A DNA stretch of 63,907 bases, the filler included, from Dirinaria sp. TL-2023a (taxonomy: Eukaryota), in the NCBI GenBank assembly GCA_051941275.1. It is 3 parts of 3 records of this genome, joined end to end, with 100 filler letters (N's around TTAATTAATTAA, not from the genome) between each part and the next. Parts side by side here need not be neighbours in the genome. Positions count along the whole stretch, not along the records: positions 1 to 21,807 come from JAVEBF010000245.1; positions 21,908 to 43,686 come from JAVEBF010000246.1; 1 more part is not named here. The stretch is one strand, 5' to 3'. Of the stretch, positions 11,530 to 24,410 are shown one piece after another. Both the position numbers and the translations under genes were made by a program. Position 1 is the stretch's first letter. Each line of letters opens with the position of its first letter. Below the pieces are notes generated by a model. It saw only the letters and a list, made by a program, of their open reading frames with translations, had not been told where the DNA came from and did not search any database.

Positions 11530-13028
11530 TATCTTTATCCCAACTCGGTTACACTACTCAAGTTTTCTTTCGAAGCATCTGCCTCCCTGATGAGTAAGGA
11601 ATATAAATATGTTTGAAGAGTGCTCAGGAATCACAAACTGTCCCCTATCTGAGCTAATCCAGCTATGACTTGCAGCGAGGAAAGTATCGATACTGAAGGG
11701 GTCGCAAGATGCAGGTGATTGGCTCAGGACTTCATGGAAGCGAAGGCAATAATCGAGTTGCATTTATGCCTCAAGGCGTGTGTCTTGACGAAGCAGTCAG
11801 CTTTTCTTACCGCTCACCGGGCCTGCTGAAGCGTCTCACGTGATCAAAACGAGTGAAATGAGGGTCCTTGAACCGGAAACAAATCCTTATTTTCAAGCAT
11901 ATCTCTCAGTGTGCAACGTTGCAGATCCGCCGCCGCCATCAACATAGAAGTTCCAGCTTCGTAATGTGTGCAGAAAGTAGGTATCATTGGGAAAAAAGAA
12001 CTATGCGGTGCGCTCTTCTTGACTGAAGACCAAAGTCTTAGAAGCCGAAGAAAAAAGTATTTCGAAATCTTCTTGTATGTGCAGACACAATAAAAACAGC
12101 CACTGCTAGGCGCCTGCGAACTCCCTGATCCCAACGCCTCCTGATATGCATCACGGAGATGATGAGCTTGCGCTTACACTATCACCCATCCTGAAAAAAG
12201 GTCTAGAACAATACTCGAACGGAAGCTTCAAATCGAAATTCGAAAAAGAAACCCAAAAAGAATTTCCAGAGCCCACTAGCTAGCTAGCTAGTTAATCATT
12301 GACTTCGCTGAGGCGTATATGCATGCCATCCACGCTCCGTGTACCTCGTTCTCGGTCTTTACAGGAGACTGAAAGCGGCATCTTTTTTTTTCTCTTGATA
12401 TTAAAAGCTGCCCATCTGATTGATTGGGGTAGGTCCTGCAACAACTTAGTAACTAACTGCAATGCATTTCATGGCAAAACATCGATTCAAACCGACCTTT
12501 TTCTTTTTAATTGATGAAAAAAAGTCATACTCACAGAAGTGGTGTGAGATGTTCTGGAAACAAGATAAGCGTAGGCAGAAGAGGGATGTGACCCACCGTA
12601 CATAAATCTCCACAATCCTTTTATGTAAGTAAGATACCATGGGCCTCAAAATAAGCGCTCGAGATTATATAGGGGTCATTTTGGCAGCAAGACCTACTTG
12701 AGCGGACCATCATGAATTTTCGATGAATGAGGCCGTGATTTTCCCTGTACCCGTCTGGAGGAGAAGAATTTATCACACCTCTTCAAGTAAAGTGAATTAT
12801 TCCCTTTCAGATATTCTCGCGCGCGCGTTGAGTGAGTGAGGTAGGTCCAAGTTTATTTCAATTTCGAAGTTTGTTCTCAAAGTAACCTACCTATAATAGT
12901 GGTAAAGACTCGGAATTTTCACAAATTGGTCGCTGATATAGCAATTGTGCCTTCCTGCACATATACAATCATCCATCAACTTTAAGCTCAAACCCCCCAC
13001 CGTCGGTGTTGTGTTCTTTCCTTTTCCC

Positions 13029-14816
13029 TTAATGCCACGCCGTTTTATGCGGGTGCGCATGGTTGTTTTCTATCTTATGCTCTGTCCTCGTCCTGATCAT
13101 CTCCCCCAAACTTCCATCGACGCGAGCAAACATGGCTATAAAATTCAATAACCATCAGCTCTTAATTGCCACATACACACCCACAGATGAAAAGAGCAAA
13201 GAAGAAAAAAAAGGTGAAAAAGAAAGAAAGAAAGAAAGAAAGAAACACTGAAGTTCACCAGGAACGTGAAATTAAAATAAACTGACCATAAACCTCATCC
13301 CTGATCCATTTCCTCTCACAGTCACTGACATGCGCAGCCACATTATCAACAAGCCTTTTCTGCGCCCCTTCTTGCTTTGCCATGACTCCCCACAACGCCC
13401 TCGCTTGCTCGAAATCCTTGTCGCTAACCTCAGACGCAAACGACACAGGCACTTCGCCTGCCGAAGCCTGGTCGTACATGCCAACATTCTTCGTGGTCCC
13501 CCTCGGGTTCGGACCCCCTTTCTCCTCGGTCAGAAACCTAAACGGCTTGATCTTCGAGCCGACATAATTCGGATCTCGACCATAATTCTTGCTGAAGTTC
13601 ATGAATCCGTCGCGTTCAATGGGGCAATAGACTTCAGCCTTCGGCGCGTTTGTGGGCAAGAATTGGTAATTCACTCCGAGCCTGTATCGCGCCGCGTCCG
13701 GGTACGCGAACATTCGTGCTTGCAGCATTGGATCGGGGCTTGGTTCGACGCCTCGCACCATGTTACTGGGGCTGAACGCCGCTTGCTCGATCTCCGCGAA
13801 CCAGTTCTCTGGATTCGCGCAGAGTGTCATGCGGCCGATTTTACGCAGGGGGTACTTCTTGTGCGGCCAGATTTTCGTCATGTCGAAGATATCGACCTCC
13901 GCGTCCCCGATGTCTTCAGGGCGGATTGTCTGAATGGACACATCCCAAGATGGAAACTTGCCGGAGTTTATTGATTCTTGAAGATCCTGAACATGATGGT
14001 CTGGGTTTGTTCCGGCGATTGTAGCGGCTTCGGCGTTGGTGAAATAATGCGTGCCTTGATTTGTGAGTACATGGATGCGGACATAGTGGTACGAGCCATC
14101 GGCTTTGGAGAACTTGTACGTGTTCCCACTGTAAGCATTTGTGTGTCTGACTGAGGAAGGGAGACCGCGGTCTCCGAAAAGGAACATCAAAGCATGGATA
14201 CTTTCCTGATTGTTTACATGGAAGTCCCAGAACATGTCTGAATTAGGCCTGTTGGTCGTGGGATCCTTCTTATGGCTACGATTGAGCGAGGGGAATTTGA
14301 CGGGATCGCGGACGAAGAAGACTGGCTGCAAAAAGACATTATCTCAAGTGAGTAAGTCGAAACGAAAGAACACGTAAATAATAAACGTCAAGTATGATTG
14401 GGACTGAAAAAATGCACCTGGTTGTTAAAAACCCAATCCTGATTGCCCTCCGCGGTCTTGAACTTGATAGCGAACCCTCGAAAGTCTCGCACCGTGTCCG
14501 CAGAGCCTTTTTCAGGCCCCGTTGTAGCGATTCGAACGAGTACATCTGTCCGCTTTCCAATGCCGGTCAGAAAATCGGCGTCGGTGATGTCGGCAATGTC
14601 GTCCGTGACTTCGAAATAGCCTCTCGCTCCTGTCGCTTTGGCGTGTACAGATCGCTCTGGGATCCGCTCTCTGGAAAAATGAGCGAGGTTCTCGATCAAT
14701 TGCGTGCTGGTCATCAGCAAAAAGCCGCCGCCGCTGCCCGTACGGAGCTGCTCTGATGTGTCGTTTCTGTGGCGGGGTTGCCCCTCGGCCAGTGTGTAGA
14801 AGGGGGAGTCTGCCAT
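13029..14816 (-). CDS. Monofunctional small-subunit heme catalase (3 exons)
   Basis: FSRERIPERSVHAK (distal His), DTVRDFRGFAIKF, WVFNN, LQARMFAYPDAARYRLG (proximal Tyr); last exon AMFARVDG...HPHKTAWH*. Confidence 0.95.
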
Positions 14817-16335
14817 TGCCACTGGTTTTTCGTAGAGCTAATTACTTGAGCAAGATGCTAAATAGCGTAAATAGCGTAAATTGTAGCAGAAAGAGGTGCC
14901 TCTGTTGATAGTATCGATTATTTGGGCGTTTGGAAATACGTTGCAGGGTTTTCTGAGGCGTATTTCAACCGAAAAATTTGTTCGATGCCAATCACTAATA
15001 TGTAGAGTTGGTGTGACTTTGATACCGGCGTCCGCAAGGATTCTTTATCAAAAGCTTTCGAGCTGGTGCTTCTGTCTCAAAGCCGGTTGACCTGCAGATG
15101 AGCCAGACTTGACCGGAACGCTAAGATAGGATAGGTAGCCTTCCATAGTCGCTACCATGGTCAGGGCACTTCAAGCAATAAGAGCTGTAGAGTGCACATC
15201 CTGTTGGTGCGCATGGCCAAGCTGATTGCAGAAGTACAGTACTGTAAGGTAGGCACGGAGCTCAGCGCCAGGGGCATTTACAGTATGTCATGGCTAGCGC
15301 GGGTCAATGGCACCGGTGGGATCAACTGAAAGTTGCCGGGGAGCGGCCCGGAATCATCACCCGAACCCGCTGACCCGCCACCTAGGGCGCAATGGTGCTC
15401 TCCAAAGTCCAAAGCCTACCTTACTCCGTACCAGTACTTTAGTCACCTGGACGACTAAGGTAGACCTGGCTGACGACAGGACGCTAGCCAGGACTTACCC
15501 TCTGTTGGGTGGTGTCCTCCGTACTACCTCCTCTTATCCACGGCAGTGATAAAGAGCTTTGCGGGGTTTGCTGCAACTGACCGGATCTGGAAGGATTGAC
15601 TGACATACGCGCAGATCCTCGAAAGATCAGTCCGTATCATACTTTCAGGTAGAGCAGCCTCAGGCCGAGGGTGACGTAAACAAAGAGGGGGTGTTGATCT
15701 AGGTACCTTCGAGTTTATGCGATCCGTGACGAAATAGGCTGCCTCTCGATCGAGTTGAGCTATTATTACATTGTCGCATTTCGAAGAGTCTTTCGAGAAA
15801 AATGCGGATTAATCACTTTCATAATCGAATTCGTATCTCGACATATACAGTATGCTCATTCCAGTGGTCTTCGCCAAACGAACGCGTAAGACTGGGCTCC
15901 TCTTCTGAGTGGATGGATGGTTTGCATGCGTAACGCAGTGCACCGTTGTTCTTGCATCATGCATGGTTCCCCTCGAAGCTAAATGACGTTCTTGCGATAC
16001 TGTCAGTTAAGGTAGTATCGTATGCCGAGTATGCGCGCAGACCCGGTTTGATATCATGAAGAAGACCTTAGATCGATTCGGATTCCCTGAGACCCGGACT
16101 CCACGCTTCACACGCTTGCAATGAACCAATCGTGACACCAGACCTTCCTGCTGTCTTTGGATGCTTATCGTCAGCTGTTTTAGAGCACGAATAATTCGTC
16201 TAGTGTTTTGCAAGACGGTTCACTCTATCGATTGTTGCTTTCCTCCTAGCCTCGAACCTAGAAAGAGAAAGCTAGCCCCTCAAGCATCCCATCACGGGGC
16301 CTAATCCTTCACCAGAGTTCTGCACACAAGTCATT

Positions 16336-18105
16336 ATGGTCACAACTACCAGCATAGTCAATCGTCCTGACGAATGGAAGATTGAGCAAGGCCTAGCAGG
16401 GGCCAAACTCCCCTTCTTGGACCAGACTGGCCCTGAAACAGTGGAAATTGAGCCTCAAAAATGGGATGATTTGGTAAAAGATGAGAAAGCCATCAATGCC
16501 ATCGGCGACCGGAGCAAGCTTTTTGCAAAGGAGCTCGAGGGCTGGAAAGGGTATGTGGCCGTTTACATAACGTTGCGAACTTTTTCCACAAAGTAGGAGT
16601 TGCTGGGCAACTGACATGCACTCAGATACGTGGAATGGGAGAAATATCCAGAGAAAAAGACAAAGGCTCACAAGATCCTCACTTTGCAGACTTTTCCTCC
16701 GAATCCAGAATTCCAGCTTGGACCCATCCCCGACACGAATCCTGTACTTCCTGGCACTCATTGGAAGATGTGGCATCACGCCATCGGCGGTGAACTAAAT
16801 TCTGTTCCCGAGGACTCATGGGAAACAGTTCTTCTTGAAAAGCATCCTGAGATGCTGCATCTGTTGCAATTTCCTTATAATGGCGAACCTCCAAAGAGAT
16901 TGGTGACTTCGAAAGCCGTCACCCCAAATTCACTCCATTTCGTCCGCAACCACGGTGGAATACCGATCATCGACAAGGACAAGTGGACCCTTGAGCTTGA
17001 TGGTCTCGTCGCGAATCCGAGATCGTACACGCTACGCGATCTTATGGACAAGTCCAAATTTCCGCGGATCGCAAGGCTTGTTACGATGCAATGCTCTGGA
17101 ACCCGTCGCATAGAGCAAATCTCCCTATATCCAGGACAAGGAGACGAGGTTCCACAGGCTCCGTGGGCCGAAGGAGCGATAGGAACTGCAAGCTACGTGG
17201 GTATTAGCTTGAAGAAAGTCATCAAAGACTGCGGTGGTCTTAAAGGCAATGCCAAACACCTTGAATTATATGGAGCCGACACCTATTTCAAGAATTACGA
17301 GGCGATGAACTATGTCGTAAGCGTTCCGTGGTCCAAAGTGAAAGCCAACGAGGTCTTGCTCGTCTGGGAAATGAACGGAGAACCCTTGTCGAAAATCCAC
17401 GGATCCCCGCTTCGCGTGATTGTGTTGGGCTACATTGGCGCGAGGAGCACCAAATGGCTCTACCGAATTCGAGCCATTGAGAACCCGACACTTGCCCCGG
17501 TGCAGAGCAAAGAGTATCTGTACTTCAACCAGCAGGTCGGTAAGCACAACCAATGTCCGACGGACGGCATCCAAATCCAGGAGATGCCGGTGAGCTCGGC
17601 GATCATGTCTCCGTGGACGAAACAAGTTGTCATACACAACGGCAAGATCTATTGCAAAGGCTGGGCATACTCCGGTGGTGGAAGATGGCCAGAACGAGTG
17701 GAGCTGTCTGCGGACGGCGGATTCAGCTGGTATGCCGTAGCCAACGATAAGCTGTCAGCTAAGCACAAGTGGACCTGGCGCACGTGGGAGATCGAGCTTC
17801 CATGCGACGTCGAAGGCTGGGTGGAAATTGTCTGTCGTTGCTGGGACAATTCTCTCAACACGCAACCGTTGGATGTCCGCTCTGCATGGAATTGGGGTTT
17901 ACACGTCACGAGTTCGGCCCACCGTATCAGCGTCTACAGCATCAACAAGAGTCGAGCTCGCACTGAGCAGCGACTGAAGAAGTTCCAGCGGCTGGGTACG
18001 CCATTGGCTCCTATCACGTGTCCGGAAGACTTTCAAACACAGACGTGGGAGGAATACGAGCAATTTTGGAAGGAAAATGAACCTCGAGATGCTGCTGACG
18101 AGTAA
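16336..18105 (+). CDS. Molybdenum-cofactor sulfite oxidase-family oxidoreductase, no visible cytochrome b5 domain
   Basis: FVRNHG, TMQCSGTRR (Mo-ligating Cys), MNGEPL..IHG.PLRVIVLGYIGARSTKWL, GWAYSGGGR; one intron at ~16552-16626. Confidence 0.9.
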
Positions 18106-18532
18106 AATCTCCGCACAAAGCTAGTGAAGAGACTTTCTGAATTCCATTCCCTTGATCCAATACCGTAAGTAGTGAGCGTTACTTGATTGAACCCCGCAAG
18201 TTGCTTTCGCTTTTCACCCTTCAGGCCTTCACCCCTCAGCTTGCTAAGGCAGGGCTAAGGATATTGTTAGGGTTGCAGGAGAGGGTTCCGCGACCTCTAA
18301 GGTGACTTGTTACAATGCTTTTTCATCATCGAATATCTTAACCTGTTGCTTCTCAACGCCTTACGTGTAGTCTTTCGTGGCTTGTTTGAATCAAAAGACC
18401 ACAGTATTTATCCTCTTCGATGGATGATTGCCCCTACTACCATCTGTGTATCAGCGATTTGTCGATAAGTCAACGCTCGGGGCATGACATACATATGATG
18501 TGGCAGATGAGAGAAACTTTGGATACGGAGAA

Positions 18533-18600
18533 TTACCTTACCTTACCTTACCTTACCTTACCTTAGATAAAGGAATCTCGAAGGTTAACCCTAACCCTAA
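18533..18600. repeat. (TTACC)n microsatellite followed by telomere-like TAACCCTAACCCTAA
   Basis: About six tandem TTACC copies, then TAACCCTAACCCTAA ending at 18600. Confidence 0.85.
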
Positions 18601-19162
18601 GACGCTGAGGGGAGAAATCGAAATCACATGATAAGGTACCTACCTTATTTCAGCCCAGCCTCGTGCAGAAAGATCCAACAGTGAGGCAACTTCTCCAACA
18701 ATAATGCCTCCTGCATCAGAAGTTTATCCCATCCGACAGTCCTTCGGCTTCAACCCTCCATCTCTCGCGGTCGTACTTACCGAGGTGTAGGCAGGCCAAG
18801 CTGGACCGGTTTGCATGACACTGGTAATGGATAACTAAGGTAATATCAAGATACCATAAATTTACCTGGATCCAAAGAATGAATCTTAACAGAAGCTCTG
18901 CATGCGCGCTGGTACTCCACTTTGTAAGACAAGAATGCTAAGCTTCTTTGAACCCAGCGTCATCGGAATTCATTGCAGCCCAGTGACTGTTTTTCGAAGT
19001 GGCAATCCGTTAGTCCAAATGTCTTCGGCCAAACTACCGAGAAGATGGAGGGCTTTTTCGCTAGAGACTGTAAATGTGAGTATCACAAATCCCCTCTCCT
19101 TCAGTGCCTGTCTGCAGTCGAGGATCGATGCGCACAGGGAACCGCGGCCGCATCAGTGACGC

Positions 19163-20210
19163 TTGTGCCACTATCGTATCTACTCCGTATTTGTCGTTCC
19201 ACGGGTGCTTGTATTACCTTTTCGCACACTGCCTTATGATTGTGGAGCCTTAATGCTAATAGACAATGACCAGCGACTGTGGCGCAAAATATTTGCAGCG
19301 ATGGTCAAGATTGGGACCTTTCCCTACTATCGGCTCTTTCATTTCAACACCCTTCGGCCGATCGAACTTATAGCGGCATGTACTAGGCAATCGTCCGAGC
19401 CTGAGAAATTGCTATTCCTTATTGACCGCTGGAGACGACGCAAGCGCGCTGAGTTGCAATACGTCTCCATAGCAGTAAGTCAAGATGTTCTCCACCTTCC
19501 GTTGACACGAAAATACGAATACTCACATTCGTCACGCTGTAGGCAGCAATTGTTGCTGCGGCGGTAATTGGCTCTTTCTCTTGGAATGCTGTCTCAGATT
19601 CGTACTGGCTTGCTTCTGCTTTCTGGTATTGTAGCTTGGTCCTCTCAATTCTCGCTCTCCTCACTTCGGCGCAGCAATTAAGTGTATTGGAGGTTCTCGA
19701 TGTACGGCAAAATGCCGGGAAGCCGACTCCCTCTAAGCTAGCAATACGCCGATACCTTCCTTTGATGCTGACAGAGTTGCCTCGGCCGAGAAGCCAACCA
19801 TTTTACGACGAGGGTAGCGTTGGGCAGTGGCGGCCTCGATGGAAAATGGTTTTCACATGGCAATGCTCTATCATGTTTTTGTCTTATTCAATATGCTTCT
19901 ATCTGGCGGGTCTGACGATTTTTATTTGTACACCTTTGATCCGCAAGCAAATGTGGAACACGAATTCGAATGTGAGTCTCATCCTCATATTGGTTGTAGT
20001 TGCTACTTTGGATGATTTTACTGATGCACTAAAAAGACGGCGGTAATCTATCTTATCACTTCGGGAATAGCCGGCGCCGCCTTTGTATTCTGTTCATTCT
20101 GGATATACCACTATGTTGATCTCGAAGACGATCTTGAAGAGTTCTCAGAAACAGAATGTCGAAACATCTTGGAAGGCCTATCACCTCAATCCCCGAATGA
20201 ACTGAGATAA
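19163..20210 (+). CDS. Hypothetical multi-pass membrane protein (5' end uncertain)
   Basis: Exons joined by GT-AG introns give WRRRKRAELQYVSIA|AAIVAAAVIGSFSW..FWYCSLVLSILALL..RPRWKMVFTWQCSIMFLSYSICFYLAGLTIF..|TAVIYLITSGIAGAAFVFCSFWIY...ELR*; about 4 hydrophobic segments. Confidence 0.65.
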
Positions 20211-21807
20211 TCGGGTACCTGATTGAAATCAGTTCAGGAGAAACAACGCGCTTGCGACGTTATTCTATCTCTTGTCAGAAAGCTTTATCTTTGGATTTGA
20301 ACGTGATGAGCGGACATGAGATGACGATCATATGCTAGATTGATGCTTCTCTCGTCTCTGTATCCAGAGTGAGGGTCTTAAGATGTTCCGGGATTTTGAT
20401 TTGGAGAAGGAGAGAGAGCTCTACCGGTTGCCTTGCTGGAAGACCCCTCATTCAAAAAGCTGTGTTACATCGTAGACATAGTGCGTCTTCATTCTCATCA
20501 GCAAGCGGCAATATCAGTTCTAGCAAGCGACCCAAGGCTACAAGAAGAAAGCTGTTCGATAAGCGGCACATAGAACCACTGATAGAAAACCACTAACCTA
20601 GCACTTGGGGCCTGTGACCCTAAAAAATCGACTTACGCTTCTGTTCAAACGGCATCATCTTTACAGGCAGCGTGGCATACGCAAACAACTCCAAATATAT
20701 ATAACCTTTTAACCGTCAGCATTGGCTGACCGCCCCGGTGGTACTTAAGCTGTGCGCATTGCAAAACACGAAACAGTATCTAAGATACACAACAAAGAAG
20801 TTTTAGCTTCGCAAAAAGCTGTACATTTTTCGCTGCATTCGCTGCAACTTCCATGCTCCAGATTGAACACCAAAGAAAAGTAGTTCTGAACAACGGAACG
20901 TTTCATCGCTAATTGAATCATGTCGACCTGAATCAAAGAAAAGATCTGGAATTGCAACGCTATAGCAAAGTACTATTGGCATGCGCGGAGACCAGAGCTC
21001 GACCCTACTACACACCTAAGCAAAACTCCGAACAAGCACGCTAGTCAGGCCTGTAGTTGATTAAAATTCTCATAGCGAGGATCGCGGTCTATAATGTTCC
21101 GGATGACGCTCCAATGACCATCTATATGGACCAGGCGGACCACTGAATAATAGCTCATGGGATTCTCCACCAAGGACAGAGATCGCCACTTGATAACTTC
21201 GTGGCGTTTTACAGTTATCAGCATGTCTTTTCTTTAAATGAAGCTCCATTCCAACCCACACACGCAAGCGGTATAAGAGACCTCAATTTGATACATGCTT
21301 TGTTTTATTCATATGTATATAAGCTGTATACAAAAGAGGGATGATGGGTCTCGATATATTGAACATCCGCACCGGCGAGTACTCAGATGAGACGGGAAAC
21401 CCCTACCTTATATAACTCCCTGAGCAAGAGCAACATTCTTACTAGATATTCCACCAAGCGCATCCGAAAGCATAGTAGCAGATCAAGTTTTGCGAAATCC
21501 CTCTTTAGTAGATCATCGGGAATATGTAAATGCTCAAGAACGAGGCAATGAGATCAAGGATTCCATCATCTCGATAATTGTCAAACCCTAGTCTCGTGCA
21601 TTACAGTACAGTACAGTGCAAGTCCTCAACACAGAGACAGAAAAGGCCACTTTTGATGCAACACGACTGAGTTACAAGTAAACTCTTCAATTCCAGCTTA
21701 AAAATCTGACTGCATATCTATCTACATCTAAGTAACATTGATGAACCTGACAAACAAACATAAGTAGAAAAGGCTGTGCCGCAACGATAGCCTCCTCTCC
21801 TCAGCAA

Positions 21808-21907
21808 NNNNNNNNNNNNNNNNNNNNNNNNNNNNNNNNNNNNNNNNNNNNTTAATTAATTAANNNNNNNNNNNNNNNNNNNNNNNNNNNNNNNNNNNNN
21901 NNNNNNN
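21808..21907. other. Assembly gap / artificial linker
   Basis: N44-TTAATTAATTAA-N44 (stops in all frames). Confidence 0.97.
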
Positions 21908-23563
21908 AACCCTCACCACCCCTCCCTCCTCCCCACCCAGCCCCAAAACCTCATCCACAAGGCGCTTACTATAGAAGCTTCCCCAGCGGCACGCATACAC
22001 GCTCCGCCTCTCAATCGCCTCCACCACATCCCTCGAGCTGCGACCCCGCACACTGAAACACACCACCGGAACCCTCAGTTCCCGATCCGCCCTTTTTTCT
22101 CCGTACACCGTCACCGACGAGGATGAGGAGGTCAGATACTCGAGCAGGATACGCTGCAGCGTTTCCTCGTGCGCGGCGATCGCGTCCCACGCCGCGTTCC
22201 GGTCGGGGCCGAAGTAGGATACTACGGATGGCAGGGCGGAGACGAGCTCGTAGGAGGATCCTGCGAGAGAGAGTTTCGTCGCGAGGGTGTCGGCCGGCGT
22301 GTGGAAGTAGTGGCCTAGGGAGTGGAGGTGGAGTCTTTGGGCCTCGCGCGAGGCGTACAGGCAGGCGTTGTGGGGACCGTAGACCTTGGGAGGCTCTGAG
22401 TTAACCGGTGTGCGCTGAAGAAATGAAGATGGGCACGCATTGGGGGGAGATTACTTTTAGGAGAAAGAAAAATGAAGTTATACAGTGAGAAGAAGATAAC
22501 GGAGAATTGCGAAATAAAACGAAAAAAAAAAAAAAAATTTACCTTATACCACGAGAAACTATAAAAATCCACCCCTAGCACCTTGACATCCACGCCTCGA
22601 TGCGGCGCCAGCGCCACGCCATCCACGCACAGCAGCGCCCCATTCTTATGCACCTCGTCCGCGATGGCGCGGATATCATGGATCGTGCCCAGGATATTAC
22701 TCGCGTGGGTGCACGCCACGAAAACGGTCTTGTCGCTCATCAAAGGCCGCAGGTTCGACGGCGTGAGCCGCAGCGCGTCATTGTCGTCCGGGACCCACCA
22801 TTTCAGCACGAGGTTCTGCAGGCCGGCCATGCGGACCCAGGCGCTGATGTTGGCCTCGTGGTCGATTTTCGAGAGGATGATTTCCGATCTGGGCGGGAAT
22901 TGCAGGGATTGCGAGAGGTTGGCGAAGAGTTGCGTTGTTGAGGGGCCGATTACTAGGGATGTTGGCTTTCTTTCTTTCTTTTTCCTTTTCTTTGGGAGGT
23001 TCGAGAATAGAGAATTATGATGAGTGAGGGGGGTGGAGGAAGGAAGGAAGGGACATACCGATCTCGTCCGTGCCGGCATTGATAAATTTCGCCGCCGCTT
23101 CATAGCCTTCGGCGTATTTTTGGTTCGAGTATTCGGCAATCTTGTACGAGGCGCCGAGTTGGACGTTCGATTCGTGCAGATAGGTTGATATCCTACACAA
23201 CCGGTTCTTCAGAACCCCTGTGATCCAGAATGACGAAGACCTCGTATACACATGTCTAACTCCCCTCGAAGTTTCTTATCTCAAGAAAAAAAAAAAACAA
23301 AAAAAAAAAAACTAGAAAAAAAAAGAAAGAAAGAAAACATGGTATAATGGATAGCCTCTTGGAGTACAAGGTTAAGAGAGGGAGCTTGGGAACTCTGTAT
23401 GCAAGAATTAAGGGTGAGAAACATACGAATCGATAACAGGACCTAAGACTTGGCTGCCGCCTGCATTATCAAAAAACACCTGGTTGGCGGCGAGCGCGGG
23501 GAATTTCTCCCGCGCGCTCTCGACCGAGAATGGCTGTGATCCGCTTTCTAAAGTCGCTGTCAT
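21908..23563 (-). CDS. PLP-dependent class-V aminotransferase / cysteine desulfurase-like protein (3' end lost in the gap)
   Basis: FPAL..VFFDNAGGSQVLG, DHEANI..W, THASNILGTIHD, CVDGVALAPHR, DFYSFSWYK|VYGPH (PLP Lys), WGSFYSKRL...GVVRV running into the gap. Confidence 0.88.
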
Positions 23564-24410
23564 TGTCGTTTTGTTGTTCACTGATTCCCTTTCTTACTAA
23601 GCACAATGGTATCTTCTTACCGTCGGGATTATAATCTCCAGAACGGAGGAGATTGATATGGTGCTGAAATAGCGTCCTGCGATGATGATAAGGTATGCTT
23701 CGCTTCCATTTTCATCGGGAAGGTTTGCGAATGTCCCTCATGACGCCGTCGCTAACCGCAACGACTACGGACGATCTCTGATAGCGGCCTATTAGAGCCC
23801 GGGAAGGTATCCGGTATGATAAGGTACGACCCTGTGGAAACCCTAGATAAATTTATACCTCAGATACCTTAGCTAGTAAGAGTCCGCTCTACCGGCTAAG
23901 AAGCCGCTTTAGATATGAGGAACTGTTGATCGGTTTCTACCAAAATCGACATTGTAACCGACGCTTTCTTTGTTGCTTCGCTGCAGTAGACGTCATACAT
24001 TTATATATATATATATCAGCCCGACTCAATGGGTACTCCATGAACAGTTGCTGAATGCCATCTGTGTGAGTTGGGACTTGCACTGAAAATAAGGTCTTTG
24101 GTGGCGGTCGAGCAAGCAGGTCTTGACAGTCGAATCAAAGGTTTTTATCTTCTTTCGAACTACAGCCACTACTGAATCAGTTATAATCTGCCGCGCCAAA
24201 ACAAAATTAAAAGGCGACTACTTTTGTGAGCAAGTCGCTAAGTTTTAGCAGTCATTCATAGAATGAATAGGTTGGAGAGGCTGAGGTTGCAATGTGAATT
24301 GCAGGAAGTCATATCTTCGCCTCGAGGGTTCTAGGTGCGGCCACATCACGGCTGACGAGTTGGTTGTGGATTATGATATTACTCCACGCAAGATAGCGTA
24401 TGGTTGCGCC

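Noticed and set aside
13029..18150. Cryptic peroxisomal PTS1 via stop readthrough in catalase or sulfite oxidase
   Set aside because: Both end in TAA without a TGA-CTA readthrough context, and no downstream in-frame SKL-like terminus was seen.
21852..21863. TTAATTAATTAA palindrome, repeated at 43731-43742
   Set aside because: Identical, N-flanked six-frame-stop linker added during assembly; not biological.
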